A DNA stretch of 63,248 nucleotides, counting the filler, from Licmophora abbreviata (taxonomy: Eukaryota): NCBI GenBank assembly GCA_900291995.1. It is 24 parts of 24 records of this genome, joined end to end, with 100 filler letters (N's around TTAATTAATTAA, not from the genome) between each part and the next. Parts side by side here need not be neighbours in the genome. Positions count along the whole stretch, not along the records: positions 34,095 to 37,000 come from OLMU01005435.1; positions 37,101 to 39,350 come from OLMU01005436.1; positions 39,451 to 40,555 come from OLMU01005437.1; positions 40,656 to 41,908 come from OLMU01005439.1; positions 42,009 to 43,585 come from OLMU01005440.1; positions 43,686 to 47,220 come from OLMU01005442.1; positions 47,321 to 48,787 come from OLMU01005444.1; 17 more parts are not named here. One strand, 5' to 3'. Under the pieces are notes generated by a model. The model saw only the letters and a list, made by a program, of their open reading frames with translations. It was not told the origin of the DNA and did not search any database. This document shows, in pieces, positions 35,666 through 48,625 of the stretch. The translations under genes were made by a program, and so were the position numbers. How positions within the stretch are numbered: position 1 is the stretch's first letter; every line of letters starts with the position of its first letter.

Positions 35666-37287
35666 CTAGCGAGTCATGAAGCGATATGACGAAATCCAAC
35701 ACACGATGAGTCCGAAGGCACACGTGATGGATGTGAGCAGAAGGGGTAGAAACTCCATAGCTGGGTATAGCAGAATAGGATGCAGCACTTCCAGAAAAAG
35801 CGCAACCACCGAGAGAATTGCCGTGCCACAATAATCCAAGGTTGTTAGCAGTGCTGTCTTGCGGTGACTTTCTTCTGGCTGCAGCACATAAACGCAGAAC
35901 GACATGTAGCAGGCGTACGAGGAAACCTTCATGAGTAGCTCGATTGGTCGAAAAAGCAACGGCCACAGACCAAACAGCCCGAGCGCCGACGTTCTAAGAA
36001 ACAATCGTTTCCATCGCATGGATGTACCATCGTCATCGCGAAACACCAACAATGTCATGGGCAACAGAGTCGTAAGAATGGCCTTTTCATGTACATGATA
36101 CGCAAACATGAAGGAGCTCAATGAGCAGTAGACGACCATGTGGGTAAACTTTTCTCGTGACTTCTTCGCTGTGGCATAGCACAAGGCTGGAAGCAAGGAT
36201 CCCAACAAACAAATCGCCGCGATGCTGGCGGGCACGTCCGGTAGAGACATCGTCGCACCGCTCATCACCCGAGCCGTTAGAAACCTTGTCATTTTGTCAA
36301 CAAAGACATAGATAGCCCATATATTGGCAGCCCAGTAGTTATGTACCAAGCCACGTTCAAAGGGAAAGAGTCTTGAAAAGAGTTGCTGCATCTGTGTGCG
36401 AGTACAAAAGGGCAAGAACGGCAGTAAAAGCGTCGAAAGTGTCACCGTTGCCAATGAAAGAAAGCGACCAAGTGAAAATGAAACTTTCGCCTTTTCCCTC
36501 CCACGTTCGATCTCTGTTTCTATCATACAATAGTGTCGCAACAAAAATACAAAATACAGAGGCGCCAGGGGCAGATACAAGTGTTTGAATGTCAACAAAA
36601 GGGAGTAGAGAGCGGCAGCAAGTAGTATATTTGGTGTTGCTGCTGCGCTGCGCATGCCCCGTTCCAGATAGCCGACGCTCGCCAACAACAATCCAAGCAT
36701 CATGCCGTTGTACTGAAAGTGGACATGATCCAGCCACAGCAAACCTGGGTTCAATATCAATAGTAAAAACGTCGTGTACTGGTGGTGCCTTGTAGTCCCG
36801 CTGCCGCTGCTTGCCACCCACGCTCCCCAATACAACACCACATCGGATAGAATCACTGTACTACGATGGAAAACGACACACGCTGTAGATACAGCATTGT
36901 CGGTATCCGGAAGCTGCTGCAAGCATCGCTCTTCCACCAAGCCAGCGTGTAGCAGCCAGTTCGTAAGTGGGTTCGTACTGAGGAAGTACTCAAAGAAGGC
37001 NNNNNNNNNNNNNNNNNNNNNNNNNNNNNNNNNNNNNNNNNNNNTTAATTAATTAANNNNNNNNNNNNNNNNNNNNNNNNNNNNNNNNNNNNNNNNNNNN
37101 TGTAACCGGGGAAGAAGAAGAAGAAGAAGGCAGCCAGAGGTGACGGGCGGAAGCCGTCATTATCCCACCATCGTCCAATGTGTGTTGTGTGCCATATTCG
37201 AATATCGTCGCGTGTGGGTGTTGGTCGGAGATTTTGTGGAGCACGAGAGCTCGCCGAGGTACTCAAACGCACTTTCGTGGTCGCCAT
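35666..37287 (-). CDS. ALG8: Dolichyl-P-Glc alpha-1,3-glucosyltransferase ALG8; spans the gap at 37001; start uncertain
   Basis: DHVHFQYNG, FKHLYL, RLFPFERGLVHNYWAANIW and YHVHEKAIL motifs. The pre-gap ...FFPGY matches the family's N-terminal segment. Confidence 0.9.
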
Positions 37288-37547
37288 TTATAGCTACTGA
37301 TCACCCTTCTCTCTGATTCGTCTTCCCGCAGTGCAAGAGAATGAACAGAGATCGCTTTCAGCAACCATGCTTTCGTGCAGGTGCAAAGAAAGAACCCATC
37401 ACCGCCGAAGCACTTGGGCAGCGTCGAAGAGGATAAGCTTGAGCATTACTTAGAACTAGGCGTATCTAAAATCGAAACAAAGCTTTGAACTCATTGGCCA
37501 ATTAGAGACTACACACACAAGGAGCATGTTCGGTTCTTCCGGTCACT

Positions 37548-38322
37548 TCAAGGCTCCGCCATTTCAATGGTTTCAGTGACAGTCTGACTCCCGTCTTCGT
37601 TATGGGTGACGCATTTGGTGCTCTTGCTTCCATCTGGGTTGTAGGTGATTGTCTTCTTGCAAGACACACGGGGGCTTTCGGTGTCAGCGGCCGCTTTAGA
37701 AGCATCGCGGAGTTCAACAGCTTCCACACCATCATCAACGGCAACAGCATCGTCAGGGTGCTTGAGTTGAAAGTCATCAATTCTGCCACAGAAGCTAAAG
37801 ACGCCTGCGGCAGTGATGGCCCAGAGAACGCAACCAACGAAGGCGACAGATGCCCAAGCCACATAGTTGCAGTAGTAGGCGTCGTCGTCGTAGTAATCGT
37901 CGTTCCCACCACCATAACACACGGAGCCGCTCGTTGCGATAAAGGCAATTCCGGCAATGAGGTTCACGATGCCGGCGATACAGGCAAACACGCCCGCCGT
38001 GATGATGCCCTTTTTGCTCACGCGGCAGCACCAGCAGATCTGGAGAGTAATCGTGGCGGCCAGTCCTACAATGAGGCTGAAGTAAGTGCCAACGGAGAAC
38101 AGAAAGGCAAAGATGGAGAGCACCTGCGCACTGATAAAGAAGCAATCCTTGTATGGACTAAAAAGTAAAGAGAACAAGGTTGGAAAGTCGTGGATGAGTC
38201 AAAGCGCGAATGAATTCAACGAGTAGACCCATCGCGTATCAGGAGCTAGCTTGGTGGCATTCGCGCCAGCATCGTAGTTCAACAACAACGATGAGCCATC
38301 ATCAAACTTACAGGCAGCCCAT
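37548..38322 (-). CDS. Four-TM hypothetical membrane protein; exons 38322-38312 and 38157-37548
   Basis: An 11-nt first exon plus a GTAAGT...TTTAG intron gives MGCLPYKDC. There are four hydrophobic segments and a C-terminal KKTITYNPDGSKST...DGSQTVTET. Confidence 0.7.
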
Positions 38323-38818
38323 GATGGTTTCGTATATTGAATATGCGGGATAGAAGTTGTTTGGGTCAGAAAAGATACAAGATCTCAGTTTTGATGTCGC
38401 TGCTGGCGAAAAAGTGAGAGTAATAGTATGCTCCTCTCTTCTGATTCCAAGATTGAAATAAGACGCGTTCAGTCTTGGGTCTGGTCTTGTGCGAACATCC
38501 AAGACTGACTCGATCTGGAATGTACGCGGATTGAGTCGAGCTAGTCGCTCCAACGAGACCCGTTCCATCAATCTTGGGTGAGTTCGATCCTTGGTTATAT
38601 CAGCACCGAGTGACGATGAGACCAGATTTCTCTGGCACTTTCATCGAGCGAGGCCCGGAGAAGAGTCATTTGCGTTCAAACCATGGTAGTTGCGGAATTG
38701 TCTACCTCCCGCCTCATTCTGAACTACTCGTGACTTGACTGTTTCGACTCAATCTCGCAATTTGCATCCATGGAGCACCTGCGAGAGGGCCAGACCACGA
38801 CGACGCCGGCAATAAGGG

Positions 38819-39268
38819 ATGAGCTGGGAGATAAGAGCGACATCATTTACGGCGCAGCTCATCGCCTTCACCGCAACCATCCTCTTGACTGCTACTGGTA
38901 ACACGCTCGTGGTATTGTCTTTCAGAAAGGTTATATAAGAGTACTTCACAAGATAGTTCATGTTGTCCTGGCGTCTGCTGCTGCCTGCGACGTCGCGGCA
39001 CGATGGCTCTGACGTGGTAGATTATCGACTGGTGGCAAGCGTGTATGCGCTGGGGAGTCTGACGAGCATAGTCTTGTACGTCTTGGAAAGAACGAGTTTG
39101 AAGGGAGACTCTCTGAAAGGAGCCTACGTGATTTTCGCGCCATTTGTTCCTTGCCTATTGTGGAGTCTGCCGCACTTCACTGCAGTCAGAAGAAGATCTC
39201 GTCAGCAGCAGGGGATGAGCTACGATTCGCGGATAAGAAAAACTACTGAATATTTTTTTCTGTGCTAG
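38819..39268 (+). CDS. Possible small spliced membrane protein
   Basis: Hydrophobic segments LIAFTATILLTA, LVASVYALGSLTSIVLYV and AYVIFAPFVPCLLW, with a GTAAC donor near 38898. The model is unresolved. Confidence 0.35.
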
Positions 39269-39450
39269 TCAGTGGCATATGTCTATGTTTAGGCTAAGCT
39301 TCATATTCCTTTTCGTCATCGTCGTGGGCCGGCGCAGAAGAACGCTTCTGNNNNNNNNNNNNNNNNNNNNNNNNNNNNNNNNNNNNNNNNNNNNTTAATT
39401 AATTAANNNNNNNNNNNNNNNNNNNNNNNNNNNNNNNNNNNNNNNNNNNN

Positions 39451-41661
39451 GTCCTGTGGCCTCATCGAACACGACCTGTTCATCCTGCGGCACTTCGGAC
39501 TCGGTTGCCTTCTTCGGGGTATACTTTCCATCATGCTCGCCCACAGTCTCAGGCACAGAAGCCGCAGACGTAGCGGTCACGCCTACCGCGTGAACCTTTT
39601 CGTGAGGTAGGTCACGTTGAGTCTTCATAGATTTCAGCGTGGCAACGTGTTTCATCGGAGCATCTGCTGAATCCAGAGGAATCGCTTCCTGACTCGTCGA
39701 CTCCACAAAAGAGGCATCAGATCCTGCGGTAACATTCCCCATTAGTGGTTCTGGGGAAGGCTGGCGACGACGTCGCTTCTGTTTTGATGTTGATGATACC
39801 TCCAGCACATCTGTACCGCGTTCGTCAGCTCCCGGTGTCGATTGAAGAGGGGACAAATGAGAAGTGGCTTCCGATGACTCCCGTGCAGAGGCTTCAGAGG
39901 ATGCAGCTTTGGAAGATGGTCGGCGACGCCGCTTGCCTAAAAGAGGAGTCTCCGACGATGGGCTCGTGGTCGCAGCTACGCCCCTTGCAGGCTGTCCAGC
40001 TGACGTTGCCGAGTTCGTCGCCTCTTTACCCGGGCACCATCCAGAACTTTCGGAATCCGATCCAGATTCATCGCGGGGTGGAAGGATGACTCGTTTCTTA
40101 CGTTTTCGATTGAGTTTCTTACCGGATGACCTGTCAGTAGAGGCCACCACCTTTTCCGGACTGTTTGCATTCTCCGGAGACGTCGTCTTCGCCGGTTTTC
40201 CCGATTTCCTTTTACCCATCAGTGGTGTTTCCGCTTTCGCTCGCTTGTTTGAGGGTAGTGTCTTTCTCTCTTTGTCCGTCGGATCTTTCGCTCTCTTTCT
40301 TCCAGAACTAGGCGTCTTGGGTGTTTTGCGTTTCCTCCCCTTCTCCAGGAGGAGCTCCTTCGTCACCGGCGTGCCATCGCTGAGCGTTTCTGGCTTCAGG
40401 AAGTCATCGATTTCGGTGACATCAGTTTCAAAGACCTCGCCGTCCGGGAGCTCCTGTAGTCCTGGGAGTCTCCTGGAGCCCAGTAGGAACTTAGGGGATT
40501 TGTCCTCGGCAAAAAGATTACCAGGAGCGTCTTCCTTGACCGCAGTCTTGTCAGGNNNNNNNNNNNNNNNNNNNNNNNNNNNNNNNNNNNNNNNNNNNNT
40601 TAATTAATTAANNNNNNNNNNNNNNNNNNNNNNNNNNNNNNNNNNNNNNNNNNNNAAATTTCGGCATGTTGCCAGTCAAACGTAGTTCCCGAATGCAGCA
40701 AGGCATGATAGGTCCGATCCAAATCCGCAGTCATGTTTGATGACACTTGCGCAAACCATGTTCCCTTGGGAGGAATCTGAAGAGCAGCATCCATAGTAGT
40801 AGTCGAGTCTGGTCGTTGCTGATTTGCAGTTTCGAAAAATCCAGGCACAGAATACTGATGATTCGGCGCAAGTCCCAAGAGTCTTGCATAGTAGTGAATT
40901 GGAAATGTATCTGGAAGGCAATAAGACAAATGGCAATGCAACAAGAGTTCCGATGCTTGTGGAACATTGTTGTTTAAAGATGCAACTAGCATGGAAGTGG
41001 TAGTAGAATTCTTCTTCTTGTTGACAAGGACACTGGGAAGTTCCAAGAGTGGATTGGTGAGTCGATGAGGATCTTCGTCGGAAGTGATTGTTTTTTGAAA
41101 GCGTCGAGGGAGACGTGGAGGAAGTTCGGTAGTCTTGTTGTTGGTGCTGCGACCTGCAAGAGTACTAGTAGTAGTACTCCGTCGCTTGTATTTACGCTTC
41201 TTGGTACTTGTAGTGTTGCCCTTGGGTGGTCGTCGCATCTTTTTGCGACCAGGTGGGGGTGGTTTCTTGTTTGAAGAAGACGAAGAAGTGGTAGTTTTGC
41301 TGTTGGTTGCAAGAACTACCGGTGCAGGCCGCGGTGGTGGCATGGAATCCTGCAACACAGGAGGAGGAGTAGTAGTAGTAGCAGCAGCTTCAGTAGTAGG
41401 TGATGTCGATGATGAAGTCGTAACGAGCATGGTGGCGAGCTGTTCCGTCGTGACTGTACTACCGCCACTATTACTCGTACTCGAAGTAGGAGTGAAATTT
41501 TGACTGGTCTTGGGGAGAGACGTGGCAGCAAGAGCGTCCTCGGCAGTGGAAGTAGTAGTACTAGTAGTATCTTCTGTCTGCGCCTGATTGTTGTTGTTGT
41601 TGTTGTTGTTTCTGCTGCGTCGAGTCGGAATCACGGCCGATGCAGGGATTTGACGAGGCAT
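39451..41661 (-). CDS. Large low-complexity, probably nuclear protein in two fragments across the gap at 40556
   Basis: Both contigs carry long open frames on the minus strand, rich in S/T/K/R with NLS-like tracts. The join across the gap is inferred. Confidence 0.55.
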
Positions 41662-42008
41662 TTTCTCCGGTATACTGTTCAAGTTATGAGAGTGTGTCAA
41701 GGCGAGAAAAAGATATGACGTCGAGCTTCGAATCTTTGGACGACCGTCGTCGTCATGGTCGAGGTGAAAAAGTGGGTGTGTGAGATGAAAACAAGAAAAA
41801 AAGGCAAGAAGTGACATGACGGGAGACGTGCAGACACTCAAATCTCCGGGTCTGTTTGAAAGGTAGAACCAGTCGAATGAGTCGACTCAACTCAACTCGG
41901 CTCACAAANNNNNNNNNNNNNNNNNNNNNNNNNNNNNNNNNNNNNNNNNNNNTTAATTAATTAANNNNNNNNNNNNNNNNNNNNNNNNNNNNNNNNNNNN
42001 NNNNNNNN

Positions 42009-42540
42009 TGAAGGTTTCATTGTCGGGAAGGACAATCGTGGTTGTTTCCAACGTATGCCATAAGGCCTTGGTGCACATGTCGATGGCTTGTTGGGAGAGC
42101 TGAGGTTGGGGAGCGCCTAGTGTTGTTGTCATTGGAAATTTGGGTGGAAATGGGGCGTGTGGGGTGTCATCACTTTTGTCATTGTGTTGTACGGGTGCGT
42201 CCACAAACAAGGCTCGATGAACGGATGCTAGATCCAGTCTCCCTCCCTCTCTTGTCGTCGATGATGATCCTACTGGAGTGAAATGTAAATCGTTGAGTCG
42301 TTGAAATAGAGTCACAACGACCCAGAGCGACACCATCAAGGCCAACAGGACCATGGTGACGAGCCATCCTACCCAGCGGACCGATGACTGATGTTGCTTC
42401 TTTTTTCGTTGTCGCCGGACCCGGCTTTCCGCGAAAATTCTTGATCTCCGCGCATCGGACGACGAAGAGTCAGTAGCACTGTTCATATCTTTTATAGACG
42501 TTCCACGATGGGCGTAAGGAACCGAGGAGTATGATGCCAT
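42009..42540 (-). CDS. Type II membrane protein, probable GH125 exo-alpha-mannosidase (5' part)
   Basis: An N-terminal TM anchor. The last residues before the gap (TLETTTIVLPDNETF) resemble the segment preceding the GH125 TGDI...WLRDS motif, which is itself not visible. Confidence 0.5.
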
Positions 42541-42912
42541 GGTCCCACCGTACTAACGGTATCACGCCAGTACCATCATGAGTTTGGAGATACTACGGGA
42601 ATTGGGGGAGAAAATTGCGAAATTGTGACCGTTTTTTGTCGTGAGCGTCGCGATTTGAAAGTTCAATTGCCCTTTGGTGAGCTCGTTTTGAATTTTGGAT
42701 ATCAAATAGCTCGTATCATATCGGATCGAATTCCGCAATGATGGTGATGTGCTGACGTTTTCGAAAGAAGAAAAGTGATGAGAATTTCAAATTGAGAATG
42801 TTTCGCCGCGCCGCGGCACATTATACTATATACTCTCAAACCTGGTAAGATTATCGAACAGTTCACCATCGTACGAGCCACAAGCCGCGGTCCTCCTTGA
42901 GTCCTTGTCGCC

Positions 42913-43585
42913 ATGTGCTCTTCTGCCACTACTGCAATCAGTAGTACCTCCTCTAGCAAGTCAAACAATGATGAGGACCCTCGCATGGACCAGATTTACA
43001 GCTGGAAGGAGCCTCCCGCAGACCCTCCCTTGAAGTGGGGCGATCACTTCAGTTCTCTCCTCTTTGGCGGTTCCGTGTCTACGACTGTCGTGGAGCACAT
43101 CTTACTCCTTATTCCTGTAGTACTCCTCCTCCTTGTGGTCGACTCGGACTACACGCTCAACGTACCGGGAAGCATGTCCTTTGCCGAACTGGCGCTCTTT
43201 CTGTGGAGCACGAGCATCGTACGACGCGTCTACAACGCCTACCTTGAAGCTGTCTACTTTACCTTTCCCAAGTACCGAATCCAGGCCGTCAAGGAACATC
43301 GTCTCAAAAAGGGCAAACGGGACCTCTGTGGACGTGACCTCCAGCAGCTGGAACTCCTCGATGTGCACGACAAACTCACACTGCTCTCTCAGTTTGTCTT
43401 GAATGTTGGAGTATACTATGCCCTTCCCGGCTACTATCCGGCACCGCACGTGGCACACTCCAACGTGGAGCGCATTCTGCGTCTCCTCCTCAATCACTAC
43501 GTTATGAGCTTTGGCATGTACTGGTTGCACCGTGCCTACCATGTCGTCCCATACCTCTGGGACAAGATTCATTCCATCCACCACC
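42913..43585 (+). CDS. Fatty acid hydroxylase/sterol desaturase superfamily protein (5' part)
   Basis: His boxes YWLHRAYH and IHSIHH, plus TM segments. Confidence 0.85.
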
Positions 43586-43685
43586 NNNNNNNNNNNNNNN
43601 NNNNNNNNNNNNNNNNNNNNNNNNNNNNNTTAATTAATTAANNNNNNNNNNNNNNNNNNNNNNNNNNNNNNNNNNNNNNNNNNNN

Positions 43686-44362
43686 TGATTCAAGAGTAGT
43701 GCTGTGGTAGTCGTGTAGTCGCCGGTCGACATGTCTCGCAGGTTCCGTTCCGCACACTCTGCGAGACAACGTATTCGTTCTGCATTCGTCTGATCTGTAC
43801 ACACGACTCTTGCTCCACATCGCATGGCAGTCCAGCTCGGTATGCCGCCTCCTGCTCCCAATTCCACAAAGGACAAACCCAGCAGGGGATGAAGACTGTG
43901 CTGTTGACGATCGAAGGCTATGGGGGCCAAGAGGTATTGACATTTCTCTTTGGAGGCCATCAGGTTCGAAATGTGTCTCGATGCAGCCCATATATCGTCT
44001 CCGTGACCCTTGCCAGAGGCGGACAAGACGTACTGGACTTTCACCGGCGGAGATTCGACTGACGATGTACTCCTAGTACTTTCCTTATCATTCTCATCGA
44101 GGGAATAGTAGCCCCCGAATCCATCAGGATAAGTAGCACTGCTGGACCATTCCTTGACTCGAGCTTCCTCCTCCTCCTCTTCTTCTTGCTCGCCAAACAG
44201 CAGTACTAGGTTCCGCGCCGGTATCTCTTCGTCCTCGTCTCGATTGTCGTCGTTTTGCTCTTCGACGAGCCACGCGTAAGTTTTCGCGCTTACCCGTTCC
44301 CGCAGCTCGTTCAAGGGTAGTGGTGCAGCATCATCATCATCATCATCATCATCCTCTGCCAT
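43686..44362 (-). CDS. Family-16 SAM-dependent protein methyltransferase (EFM7/NNT1-like, 5' part)
   Basis: GDDIWAASR, VELGAGGGIPS (motif I) and VVCTD motifs. Confidence 0.8.
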
Positions 44363-44566
44363 GGTGTTGCCTTCATTGCTTCTTTGTGCTCGACGCCCCC
44401 TCTCGTTGCTGTAATGTGATGTGGTCGGCGAGTGTTTGCGCGGTGTGACCCGAGGTGCGCAGCGCGCAAAGGGTTACTCGCAGAGAGCACGCCGGCTACA
44501 ATAGTCACCAAAGAAGCTACTCGTACACGTAGTACTATCATTACAAAAGAGAGACAACTCGCTACC

Positions 44567-46555
44567 CTACAACGTCGCAGCCATGTCCAGCACATGTCCA
44601 AACCGTGAAACTTCAACGAGGGTGGGGGTGCTATCCTTCATGGACAGAGCCACATTCGCTCCACGATCGAGCAAAAGATCCACGACGGCGTCATGACCTA
44701 AATTTCCGGCGATCCAGAGCGGTGTCTCGCCACAGGAACCGCCGATATGATCAATATGTGCACCTCGATCCAATAAAAGCCGAACGAGATCCTCGTGTCC
44801 GTTCTGACACGCCGCATAGAGAGGCGTCCAGCTCTTGCTTGCGGGTTGATCCACAGCTGCACCTCCATCTAGCAACACGCGAGCAGCGTCCATGTATCCG
44901 TTCTGTGATGCTACAAACAGAGGTGTTGTGCCATCATTGTCTCCCTGGTTCACATTGGCTCCGCCATTGATTAGCAGTTTTGCAGAGTACTGATTGCCTT
45001 TGAAACTGGCAATCCACAGGGGTGTCTGACCATAGGCGTCGGGTTGGTCCACCTGTGCGCCTCCTTTTAGCAAAAGCTGAATCACAGAAGTGAACCCATT
45101 CTGGACTGCAACGTAGAGTGGCGTTGCGCCGTCGTCTGTAACTTGGTCCATTCTGGCCCCTCGATTCAGCAACAACTGAGCTATGGCTTCGAAGCCCTGG
45201 AAAGACGCGACGAAAAGGGGGGTTATTCCATGTTTTCCCGCCAGATTCACGCTCGCCCCTCGATCCAACAATAGGCGCACAATCCTTTCATAACCGATGT
45301 GAGTGGCAATGAAAAGAGGCGTTGCCCCACTCTTGCTGGGCAAGTTAACGGTCGCTCCTCGATCGAGTAGCAGACGGACCATGGCCTCGTTTCCATTGTG
45401 GCTTGCGGCATAGAGAGGCGTCCAGCTACCTCGTCTGGCCTGATCCATGGAGACGCCACCATGAGTCGACTTTGCGGTCGCCCTGTCTCCGTGGGGAGAG
45501 GAAACTGCTTCTAGACATGCCGACGACCCAATATTGAATGCTTGATCGGCATCCGCTCCAAAGTCTAGCAATAGCCGTGCCATAGACTCATTCCCTTCCC
45601 AGGAGGCGACATAAAGTGGCGACGCTTGTCCATTAATCGGCCCATCTGGACTGGCTCCACGCTCCAACAAAATTCGCATAATGTCTTCATTTCGAAGTTG
45701 AAATGCAGTGAAAAGAGGTGTCACGCCGTCCTTGTCCGCCTGGTTCACATTCGCGCCCCGATCGGCCAACAGACGCACCACATCCTCGCGCTCGTTTTCC
45801 GTTGCGGCAAGAAGAGGAGTCGTTCCAGTGCAGTCGTCGTTGACCCGATCCATCCTGGCTCCGTGATCCAGCAAAAGTCGAACGGTTGCTTCGTGTCCCG
45901 TCTGAGCTGCAAGGATGAGAGGAGTAGAGCTGCGATCATCCTTCCTCACGTGATTCATATCCGCGCCCTTGTCCAACAACACTCGCACAACATTCTCATT
46001 TCCAGAATGACATGCAACGCACAGTGCCGTCATACCGGTTTCATCAGCCTGCTCCAGTCTTGCTCCTCGATCCAGCAAGATGCGAGGGACTGCCACCTGT
46101 CCACGCCGGTGCGATGCCATAATGAGCGGCGTGGTGCCCTTTTCGTTGGTACAATTCACGTCAGCTCCTCGGTCCAACAAGAGAGGAACAATCGTCTCCT
46201 GACCCGCAAAGGCTGCCGACAAGAGTGCCGTCATTCCACCCTTCTCCATTGCGTGATTAACATTCGCTCCGCTGTCGAGTAGCAGTCTGACAATGGCCTC
46301 GTGTCCAGCCTGCGACGCGGCAATGAGCGACGTCCCGCCATTCTTCCTTTCCAAATCCACGACTGCATCATGTTCTAACAAGAGCTGAACGATAGAAGTA
46401 TGTCCATTTTTGGATGCCAAGAAGAGCGGTGTGCGGCCCATTTCCTCGTCCGCTGCATCTGGGTCGACGCCGTCTTCGAGGAGCTGACGGGCCGTGGAGA
46501 CATTGCCGCGACGAGCGGAGTCTCGGAGTTTCTTTTCCTTGTCGGCGTTCAACAT
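44567..46555 (-). CDS. Ankyrin-repeat protein; the frame stays open upstream to 46807
   Basis: About 19 tandem GxTPLxxA...GH...LLxxGA repeats. Confidence 0.95.
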   Translation of the reverse strand: MLNADKEKKLRDSARRGNVSTARQLLEDGVDPDAADEEMGRTPLFLASKNGHTSIVQLLLEHDAVVDLERKNGGTSLIAASQAGHEAIVRLLLDSGANVNHAMEKGGMTALLSAAFAGQETIVPLLLDRGADVNCTNEKGTTPLIMASHRRGQVAVPRILLDRGARLEQADETGMTALCVACHSGNENVVRVLLDKGADMNHVRKDDRSSTPLILAAQTGHEATVRLLLDHGARMDRVNDDCTGTTPLLAATENEREDVVRLLADRGANVNQADKDGVTPLFTAFQLRNEDIMRILLERGASPDGPINGQASPLYVASWEGNESMARLLLDFGADADQAFNIGSSACLEAVSSPHGDRATAKSTHGGVSMDQARRGSWTPLYAASHNGNEAMVRLLLDRGATVNLPSKSGATPLFIATHIGYERIVRLLLDRGASVNLAGKHGITPLFVASFQGFEAIAQLLLNRGARMDQVTDDGATPLYVAVQNGFTSVIQLLLKGGAQVDQPDAYGQTPLWIASFKGNQYSAKLLINGGANVNQGDNDGTTPLFVASQNGYMDAARVLLDGGAAVDQPASKSWTPLYAACQNGHEDLVRLLLDRGAHIDHIGGSCGETPLWIAGNLGHDAVVDLLLDRGANVALSMKDSTPTLVEVSRFGHVLDMAATL

Positions 46556-47320
46556 GTGTAATGCGTCAGAGTTTCTTACCCACAGATGCAAGATTGCATT
46601 TAAAAAAATATAAACACAAAAGCGATGTAGCAAGAGAATAGGAAGCGACGGTACAGTGAACTTCCCTGACGGCAAGGTGTAATGTGTTAGATCTTCCCGC
46701 GTGTAGAAAACGTACCGAAGTCTACATACAAATTCAGAGTGTGATTCATTCGAGCCTGCGCGCGATGTGTCCAAGTCGTGCTTGAGTTTCGTTAGGACCG
46801 AAGGCACGATCGCTCTTGCAAAGTCCCGGTGACATTGGCAAAGAATCTACAAATCATACTCCACTGAAGATGCAAGAAAGCCCTCAGATCGAACCGAAGA
46901 GCCTGAAAATGACTACAGAGGACGCCATAAACTTTGCATCACGCCGAACATCACATCATAATTTCGGACGTATTGAGTCACGCTTTGGAGTCACGCAAGA
47001 CTAACTGAGTCACGACTTCAAAGTCAGGAGTCATTTGACTCATTCGATTGGATTCTCGAGCCGCGCCGCACGACGAAGATGAAAGACGATCGAGATTTTG
47101 ATGGCGACGACGCGATCCGATGTGAAAACGGTGACAGAACTGCGGCACACCATCACAAAAACAGCCATGAAACAAATAGACACAAAGAGAGGGAAGTTAC
47201 AGATGGCTCCAAGGATGGCANNNNNNNNNNNNNNNNNNNNNNNNNNNNNNNNNNNNNNNNNNNNTTAATTAATTAANNNNNNNNNNNNNNNNNNNNNNNN
47301 NNNNNNNNNNNNNNNNNNNN

Positions 47321-48068
47321 CGCTTTCTCGGAGAATCTCCTCGAAATGGTCGAACTGTCGCCCTTGACGTGGATTTACTTGATTCCGGCTTTGGCGCTGG
47401 CAAATTCCATCGACCTCTCTCATGACGTTGTGAATGCTGCATCGCCCAATGCCGCTGCCAGTGCAGGATACTTCTTCTCCACGCCGGCCTCTATTGTGCC
47501 CTCCATCTTTACGGTGGCACTCTCGTTGGTGTGGGGTCTTTGGAACTGTTGGAAGGTGACGCAAATCAAGTATATGATTCTTCCAAGACTTGGTACGAAT
47601 AAAAGTGGCGAGTATGAGATCTTGCCGCCCCCCATGGACGATGCGTCCCTCCGTGACGCGTTCTCGTCCTCACCTTGGTGGGTGAGTGCAGTGGAGAGAC
47701 TCTGGGCCGAGCCACCGCAGAACAAGTGCGATGAGCTGTTTGGTACGGCTGGTGCAGCAGGTGTGGAGCTGTATCGGAATTCGATTCAAAAGGAGACTTG
47801 GTTGTGTATCACGCACATTGTGTTTTTCGGGACTCAAATTGTGCCTCGAGATGTGGGGGCCCTCCTCACGGGGGCAGTGGTGGGGGACCCGACAAACTTG
47901 GTTCCGGAATTGATCACGTACAGCATCTTCGTATCGGTCAGTATTGCACAGCTTGTACTGATTACTCCGCGGGCCTTTTGGAATTTCTGCCTTGTGAGTT
48001 GTGCCATTGAGAATGCCGAGTCCAAGGAAATGCTGGAAAAGTGTCGTGAGGGGAAGGCTGATGAATAG
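47321..48068 (+). CDS. 3' part of a hypothetical membrane protein
   Basis: An open frame of 240 aa or more with several hydrophobic segments. Confidence 0.6.
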
Positions 48069-48625
48069 GTGTTGCAGTTGTGCTACAGTACGTTGTATCG
48101 AAAGCTAACTGTTGCCTAGCTGTGTGCCTACATTCAACCTCCTCGTAGCTACCGGTATTCGAGGTTACCTCGTAATCGTAGTCCATTAACTGAGATGGCG
48201 GGTGCAACTGTAACAAACACACTGAAAAAATGGCGCGGTAGTCTGTCCGTCTACTTGACGATGTTCAATCCGGTCTCTCGTGACTGAATTGTATCGCGAA
48301 CGAATGCGCTCTCTGATGATGTGGCTCATTGATGGTGATCACACCATCACCATGGGCGCATCTGTGTTCTATGTAGTCTTGTGAGCAGGACACAGGGTAG
48401 ACGCCATAATGTCAGTCGACTCGGGTCGAACACGAGGCTTGAAAGTCAGCACCGCATGAATTATCGAGTGGCGAGTATATTGAATATAACAAGGATGCTC
48501 GTGATGGACACGAGAGAAAGTAGACGTTCGTGTTTACACATCACCGAATCAATCGCGAATTGTAGACCTGTCTTGATAATGATACCGCTTTATACCGGTC
48601 CACCATTCAATGGTGTTGCGAGGAG

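Noticed and set aside
39864..46282. Long antisense ORFs (39864-40607 and 45626-46282)
   Set aside because: They are shadows of low-complexity and ankyrin coding sequence on the opposite strand.
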